This document shows positions 56,765 through 64,000 of a stretch of 64,000 nucleotides of DNA, piece after piece. Positions within the stretch are counted from its first letter, which is position 1, and every line of letters starts with the position of its first letter. Location of the stretch: assembly GCA_012295275.1 (NCBI GenBank), contig CM022665.1:46190001-46254000 (forward strand), written 5' to 3'. A program made the position numbers and the translations under genes. The stretch is from Chrysomallon squamiferum (taxonomy: Eukaryota > Animalia > Mollusca). Below the pieces are notes generated by a model. It did not search any database. It was not told the DNA's origin and saw only the letters and a list, made by a program, of their open reading frames with translations.

Positions 56765-57006
56765 CGTTGCTATAGCGATACTGGCCCTTGTCATTGTTCA
56801 CCCCTCGAAACTCGTAATAGGCCTCGAATCCGTTCGCGTCATAGATGCCGTTTGACTTGAAGACGACGCGGAAGAATGGACCGTCGGACTCGATCGTCTT
56901 GTGTCGAGCGTCCAGCGACATTCCACACAGACGATGCAGCTTTCGGTCTTCAGCCTCGGCGAAGTTTGAAAACGAGACGAAGTCGCTGTCCGTGGCCTCT
57001 TCACAT
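56765..57006 (-). CDS. CUB-domain (suppressor of lurcher/SOL-1-like) protein exon, C-terminal half of a CUB domain
   Basis: ccgcag|A TGT ... AAC G|gtaaat. Encodes CEEATDSDFVSFSNF...RLCG...IESDGPFFRVVFKSNGIYDANGFEAYYEF. Confidence 0.9.
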
Positions 57007-57049
57007 CTGCGGAAATGTAAACGGGTTGCTGTTGGTTGTAGTTGTTGTT

Positions 57050-57310
57050 GTTGTTGTAGTTGATGTTGTTGTTGTTGTATTGTTATTATGATTTTTTAAT
57101 GTTGTTGTTGTTGTTGATGTTATTACTGTTGTTGTATTGTTATTATGATTTTTTAATGTTGTTGTTGATGTTGTATTGTTATTATGATTTTTTAATGTTG
57201 TTGTTGTTGATGTTATTACTGTTGGTGTATTGTTATTATGATTTTTTAATGTTGTTGTTGTTGTTGTTGACATTATTACTGTTGTTTATTGTTATTATGA
57301 TTTTTAATGT
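57050..57310. repeat. Minisatellite with (GTT)n next to a CUB exon acceptor
   Basis: tgtattgttattatgattttttaatgttgttgttg x4. Confidence 0.8.
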
Positions 57311-57480
57311 TGTTGTTATTTTATCATTATTATCATTATTGTTATTGTTATCATTATTGTTATATCATTATTATCATCATCATCATTATTGTTATTATTA
57401 TTACCATTACCATTATTATTATTATCATTATCATTATTATTGTTGTTGCTATTATCAATATTGTTATTATCATTATTATG

Positions 57481-57519
<39 letters not shown>

Positions 57520-57699
57520 TTACATGATCATTATTATTATATATACAATTATTATTCACACTATAACACCACAAATCAAACAAACAGTTATTTTTATAAA
57601 CACATTTTAAGATCTTATACCTCACATAATTAAGATAAATATACAAAACCACCAAATACCTCAGGTGTTATTTTTTTTCATTTTTTTTTTTTTTTTTAC

Positions 57700-57871
57700 C
57701 TGGGACTAATTCCGTCGACTGCAAACACAGGAAACTGAATGAAAACTGTTTCGTCCCCCTTCCCGTAGAACAGGTAGTGACACTCCGTGTTGCGGGGGTA
57801 CAGGCCGGGGTAGTTGGGGGAGGTGAATTTTCCACTGGAGCTCGTAGCACTGTAGTAGTTGAACATACACA
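57700..57871 (-). CDS. CUB-domain (SOL-1-like) protein exon, N-terminal half of a CUB domain; upstream exons not identified in the window
   Basis: ttgcag|TG TGT ... CCC AG|gtaaaa. Encodes CMFNYYSATSSSGKFTSPNYPGLYPRNTECHYLFYG (CUB motif SPNYP-x-YP-x-C). The SOL-1 assignment is from recalled similarity only. Confidence 0.88.
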
Positions 57872-58022
57872 CTGCAATAAAAAACACAAAGTGTGTATAT
57901 ATTTACACACACATACATACACATACATACACACTCACATACATACAAACACAAAACACACAGACACACATACATACATATACACTGCAACAAAAACACA
58001 AAGTGTGTATATATTTACACAC

Positions 58023-58053
<31 letters not shown>

Positions 58054-58220
58054 TAAAAAACACACACATTTACACACACATACATACATACATATGCAAC
58101 AAAAACACAAAATACATATATATTTACACACACATACATACATACACACTGCAACAAAATACAAAAATGTATATATATTTACACATACATACATACATAC
58201 ACATGCAACAAAAATACAAA

Positions 58221-58251
<31 letters not shown>

Positions 58252-58420
58252 CACTGCATACAAAATACAAAATATATATATATATATACATACATACATA
58301 TACACTACATACATACATATATATACATATATACACATACATACACATACACACACATATACATACATAAATATATATATATATATACATACATACATAC
58401 ATATAAATACACATATATAA

Positions 58421-58463
<43 letters not shown>

Positions 58464-58647
58464 CACACACAAACACATATGTATATATACACATAAATAC
58501 ACAAACACACAGAGACATACATACATATATATATATATATATACATATACACACACACACACATACACACATATAGAGATAGATATACACACATATGCAC
58601 ACATACATACATACATATAATTATACAGACATAGATATGCACATATA

Positions 58648-58692
<45 letters not shown>

Positions 58693-58700
58693 ACATACAT
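57862..58700. repeat. Tandem copies of the CUB exon acceptor grading into (CA/TA)n microsatellite
   Basis: acactgcaa.aaaaacacaaa...tatatatttacacacacatacatac repeated near 57870, 57982, 58093, 58146, 58203 and 58251. Confidence 0.85.
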
Positions 58701-59377
58701 ATATATAATGACATCACAGAACATAGTTATTTGTCTGTAGGCCAGTGAAATAAAGTTCAGTGACAGTTCTGATTACTGGCAGGTGAAGTACAGAGACTAT
58801 TTGATTATTGTGGTAAATTACAAAATGAATAATAAAGATGGTGAGATCTGGAATAAACCTGAATTAAAACTGAACACTGAAATGTGTGCACACAGAGAGC
58901 GAGAGAGAGAATTTGATTATTACAGTAAATTACAAAATAAATAACTAAATAACAAACTTATCTTTGCTCTTGTGAAACTGGAAAAATGTAAAACTACATC
59001 CAAAAAATGTGGGATGTCCAAGAAAAAAAGTTGAATTGAAATTAAATGTGACACTACCCTACAAATCTAGTAGTAAGTGCAAAATATCAGTTTTGACACA
59101 ACACTGAAAACTGTCCCAAAGTCATTAATTTTTCAGTTCTGTAATTTTGTATATAAAAGGTTATGTAAATACTTTATCTACTGACTCCAGCAGAAAAAGA
59201 TTAAAATAAAAAAAATCAATGATTTTAAAATGCTAGAGGTGCTTTTGGATGACTATTTTAAACCCCAGATTGAAAACTGTAATCAATTTTGTTCAGAATA
59301 TTCTGTAATTACCAATATATTACTCAGATTTATCTTTGGAGTCAAACATACTATGAAGATGGGAATTCTATTTATTG

Positions 59378-59408
<31 letters not shown>

Positions 59409-59869
59409 TTTTTAAGTTCTCTTCTATAACTGACATATTTTTTGTTTGAAAATATATTTTGTGAAAATATCATATTATATACTATCTATATATACTATCA
59501 AGGAAATATTTAGCCAAATGTCAGAATCTGTAAAATTCCAAATACAAAACATATTTTATTTTTGTTACATATATGGATATACAGATATCAGAGGATTTTT
59601 TTCTTTCATGTGATCATTTTAGAATTTTTTTTTTTTTTTTGTGATCTGTATTTATTCCTTAGTGTCATTAATCAAATTAAAAGTTAAAAGTTTCCTGAAA
59701 CTATTTTCTTTTAAGTAGTCATTTTTTCAGGTGTTTATTTATTTCGAGGTTTCATTTACTAAATTAAAACTGGATGGTTGATTTATAATCTATAGTTCTT
59801 GTTTATGTTGGAAGTTATAGAGATATATTAATGTTTTGTGTCTGTCTTAATTCTTGCTAGTGTTTTACC

Positions 59870-60075
59870 AACATATTCAAAAACATATATATCATATTCC
59901 AAGTCATATGTATCATATTCAAAATCATTCCAAAATATTCCAAAACATATATATCATCTTCAAAATTATATATATCATATTCTAAAAACATTTATATCAT
60001 ATTCAAAATCATGTATATCATATTCAAAATCATTTATATTATATTCAAAATCATTTATATCATTTTCAAAATTAT
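59870..60075. repeat. 21 bp minisatellite
   Basis: Repeated tatatcatattcaaaatcatt. Confidence 0.85.
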
Positions 60076-60304
60076 ATCTATTTCTTGGGCACATTTTTTT
60101 CTCTTTCAGACTCATAACACATCAAAATCACAGACACAACATATTTTTTACTGCACAGATGAAAAATTTACCAGCAATTTTAAGCTGATCAATAATCTTT
60201 TAACACTGATTTCACATCAAGGTTAGACATTTACCACAGCATAAACAGTATTTAATTAACAAACAAACCAGTGACTCAGTCTTTATAATATATTTCCCCT
60301 GGTG

Positions 60305-60335
<31 letters not shown>

Positions 60336-60842
60336 CCCCCCCACACAACCGGTTACTATGGCATTTTATTGCAATGCTGAAAGTCAATCATAAACAACGC
60401 CACTGTTTAATTTAGAAGCAAACAGAGAAAGTCACTTTAAGATGAATCTATTTGGAATGTTTGAGGTGATGGAATGTCTCGAGTCAGAGTCCCATAAAAA
60501 CTGCAGAAGCAAAATGAGACAGAAATAAGACATTCCGAGATCAAAGCAAAACGTCCACTTTGATGTTAGCTCGATCTTCTGATCCATCAAATCCTATTCA
60601 CTGTTTTATAGGATCAATAAACATCGTGGTATTAAGTCAGGTCTGCTGCCCTGTGTGGGGGTGGGGTGGGGTGGGGTTAGGGTTAGGGTTGGGTGTGTTG
60701 GGAAGAATTATAGGGAAGATGTATCAAGCATTATATCATCCTGTTGTTTTATTTATTTATTTAACCTTATTAATTAATTTATTTTATTATTGTTATTGTT
60801 ATTGTTATTGTTATTGTTATTATTATTTTATTTTTTTTTATT

Positions 60843-60877
<35 letters not shown>

Positions 60878-61061
60878 TAGGCCAGTGTGAGTTTATCTCT
60901 AAATATTTATTTAATTAATTAATTTTTATTTAATTATTTATTTATTTATGTTATTATTATTATTATTTATTTATATTATTTTTTTGTTTGCCAGTGTCAG
61001 ATTTTCTCTCCATATTTAATTAATTCTTTAATTTTTATTTTTTTTTTTTATTTATTTATTA

Positions 61062-61129
<68 letters not shown>

Positions 61130-61143
61130 CATCATCATCATCA

Positions 61144-61205
<62 letters not shown>

Positions 61206-61774
61206 TATTTTTTTTCTTTTTTTTAAATTTGTAAAATGTAAAATTTTCTTTTTCTATACTGAAACTGATTTCATTTTGGTTGTCATTTCATCACCACTAC
61301 ACTATGTCCCCACTACACTATGTCCCCACCCCTCTCCTTGTATAAACTACAGGATCCTTCCCTGGTTAGTCATACATTTAACATCCTCTTGTCCAAGCAT
61401 GTAATATTATTTAGATTTCGATCACCGACGGAAAAAAACAAACAAAAAAAAACATATACGTTTTATTTTAGAATTCAATTATGCAAAAAGATTGTTCAGC
61501 ATGCTACGATCATCAGACGAGTTTAATTACTTTTTCTTTTGCACGACACACATTTCATTTGTTTTATTTTTTTTGAATATACACAAAAAAAAAAAAAAAA
61601 AACCGAACTAAACTAGTGAAAAAAAAAAAAAAAACACACATCATTAAAACATTTAATTCCTTAAAGCAAAATTAATGTGAAAATCATTTATTAGAAGAAA
61701 AAAAAAAAGAGATATAAAGATTTATTGCTGCTTACAAAACCTGCGAAAAAGAATTGATGTTAAAGAAAAAAGAG

Positions 61775-61813
61775 AGAGAAAAACAGAGAGAGAGAGAGAT
61801 TGAGAGAGAGAGA

Positions 61814-61848
<35 letters not shown>

Positions 61849-62006
61849 AGAGAGAGAGAGAGAGAGTGTGAGAGAGAGAGACAGAGAAAGAGAGAGTGTG
61901 TGAGAGAGAGAGAGAGAGTGAGAGAGAGAGAGAGTGAGAGAGAGAGAGAGAGAGAGAGTGTGAGAGAGACAGAGAAAGAGAGAGAGAGACAGAAAGACAG
62001 AGAGAG

Positions 62007-62037
<31 letters not shown>

Positions 62038-62300
62038 TGAGAAAGAGAAAGAAAAACAGAGAATGAGAGGATAGAAAGAAGAACGAGATAGGGCGAAAGA
62101 AGGAGAAAGAAAGAGGAAAGAAAGGCATATAGAGAGAAAGATAGTGAGAAAGAGAAAGAAAGTGAAGGCGAGAGAAAAGAAAGAAAGATGGAAAGAGAGG
62201 CAGAGGGAAAGAAAATGAGAGTGAAAGAGGAAACAAAAAGGGAGAGAGAGAGAGAAAGAAAAAATAGAGAGAGAAAGAGAGGGAAAGAAGAAAGAAATGG
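61775..62300. repeat. (GA)n / purine-rich low-complexity tract
   Basis: Direct reading of the sequence; similar tracts at 25603-25670, 26366-26438 and 44938-45105. Confidence 0.9.
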
Positions 62301-62555
62301 ATACAGATTGAAACAGAAAAAAAAAATATATATATATAATAATGAGAAGAAAAAACCCAGCTACAAGCAGACAAAGAAAGAAAGAAAGTAATATGATTAA
62401 AAACAACAACATTGACCAGACTATTGATTGTATTATCTTCTTTTGTTAATGTGTTTTTGTCACCTGACAGACTAAATCCTCTCCCTTAATCTTTATCCTA
62501 ATCTGTATTTGTCACACTGTCACAAAAATCTGTCAGCTCATTTACAGCTTTTAGT

Positions 62556-62588
<33 letters not shown>

Positions 62589-62589
62589 T

Positions 62590-63305
62590 ACCATCTATCT
62601 ACAGTATGATCAGTTATTTGTGAAAATTTATTTTAGATCATTTCTCTAAACACATTCAGAATACTTGAAAATTATTTTTTTTATTTATTATTTTGTTTTT
62701 TTATGAAAGAGAAAAAACAAAGAGACATAATAGATTTAGTATATATATCAGAACTGTTGGTTTTATTTTTTACTGGAGAGCAATCTTTACTAAAAAAAAT
62801 AAAGTTGATGGCTTTTGCTGAAGTTCATTTCTTTTTTTTTTTCTTTCTGTATGTCTGTAACATGATCAGTAGTTTGTGAAATGTTTATTTTTTTTTAAAA
62901 GCTGTTTTTCTCTGTTTCAGCTATTCTTAATTATTTGAGAATATACTTCAAGATTATGGTTCTATTTTTTGTTTTTTTTATGATTTGATTTAGTATGTGT
63001 CAAAATGATTATTTTATTCGTTACTGGAGATCAATCTTTACTAACAATAAAGTTGACAGCTTTTACTAAACTTCACTTGTTTTTATTAACTATATGACCA
63101 TTTGTTTTTGGAAGTTATTATTATTATTTTTTTTCTTTTCTGTTTTCATCTATTCTAAATTATTTAAGAATTCTTGAATATTATTGTTTCATTTTGTTTT
63201 TTAAATGATAGTAAAAACAATTAAGCCTGAACAGATTTAGTATGCTTCAAAATGATTGTTTTGTTTGTTACTGGCAATCAACTTTTACTAACAATAAAGG
63301 TGACA
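62590..63305. repeat. About 230-255 bp tandem repeat, 3 degenerate units
   Basis: gatttagtat...ttactgg..a.caatctttactaa.aataaag.tga at about 62733-62810, 62987-63058 and 63234-63304. Confidence 0.75.
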
Positions 63306-63763
63306 ATATAATGATTACTGGTAACAGCCATTTTTTATCTCTTTTTTTTTTTTTTTTTTTTGGTGTGCAATGATAATATCTGATCCTACAGATGAATAAT
63401 AATTAAATAAATAAAAAATACAATAAAAATTCCCCTAAAAAATGATAACAAACAAAAACATGCTGGTACATTGAATATAATTCTAATTAGTCAATAATGA
63501 TAAAAGTAAACACAACAAATAACAAAATAAAACAAAATCTTAATAAGTGTTGAAGTGCACTTACCAATAGACAAGAGAAACAAAACTGACAACACAACAT
63601 ACTGGAATAAAAATAAATAAATAAATAAGTAAATAAATAAATAAATAAGTAAATAACTAAACAAAGAAACAATCAAATAAACACGTAAATAAATAAATAA
63701 ATAAATAAACAAATAAAAAAAAGCAAACAAACAAACAAACAAATAAATGATGATGTAAATTAA

Positions 63764-63794
<31 letters not shown>

Positions 63795-63844
63795 GTAAAC
63801 AAAACAAACAAGCAAATAAATAAATAAACAATTAAATAAGTATG

Positions 63845-63875
<31 letters not shown>

Positions 63876-64000
63876 ATACTTAAATACATAGATAAATAAT
63901 AAAAAAATCAAACAAATAAATAAATAAATAAATAGATAGATAAATAAATGAAGTAAATTAATAAATAAACAAACAAATAAATAACTAAATAATTAAATAA

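Noticed and set aside
57777-58724. ORFs of 140-200 aa rich in Y/I/H/T or C/V/M
   Set aside because: Translations of (CA)n/(TA)n microsatellite. The same applies to the ER-, LS-, N- and Y-repeat ORFs elsewhere.
60674-60690. Interstitial telomeric repeat
   Set aside because: Only about 2.5 TTAGGG units within a G-rich tract; too short to call.

Overview
AT-rich, microsatellite-rich animal genomic DNA with spliceosomal introns. It is probably a mollusc (gastropod-like), inferred from the SINE fragments and protein style. Four genes were assembled by hand from splice sites. (1) LATS/Warts Hippo-pathway kinase, minus strand, 6 coding exons, 20614->2455, about 1390 aa; the frame closes only if one base is added at a G7 run at 7825-7831. 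(2) Malonyl-CoA decarboxylase MLYCD, minus strand, 10 coding exons, 40356->30969, 521 aa, no C-terminal PTS1. (3) PDSS2, plus strand, 6 exons, 40560->44680, 384 aa, head-to-head with MLYCD with 203 bp between the start codons. (4) The 3' end of a CUB-domain, SOL-1-like protein, minus strand, 57871->54892. Non-coding DNA holds a foldback/MITE-like element, decayed tRNA-derived SINEs and many mini/microsatellites. The most unusual pattern is that intronic tandem repeats repeatedly start at an exon boundary and copy the splice site itself. In LATS two such copies read AG|GAAATG|GTGAGT, which makes them candidate 6-nt in-frame microexons. TEAD-motif clusters in LATS suggest Hippo feedback enhancers. 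Most other ORFs in the track are simple-repeat artefacts.
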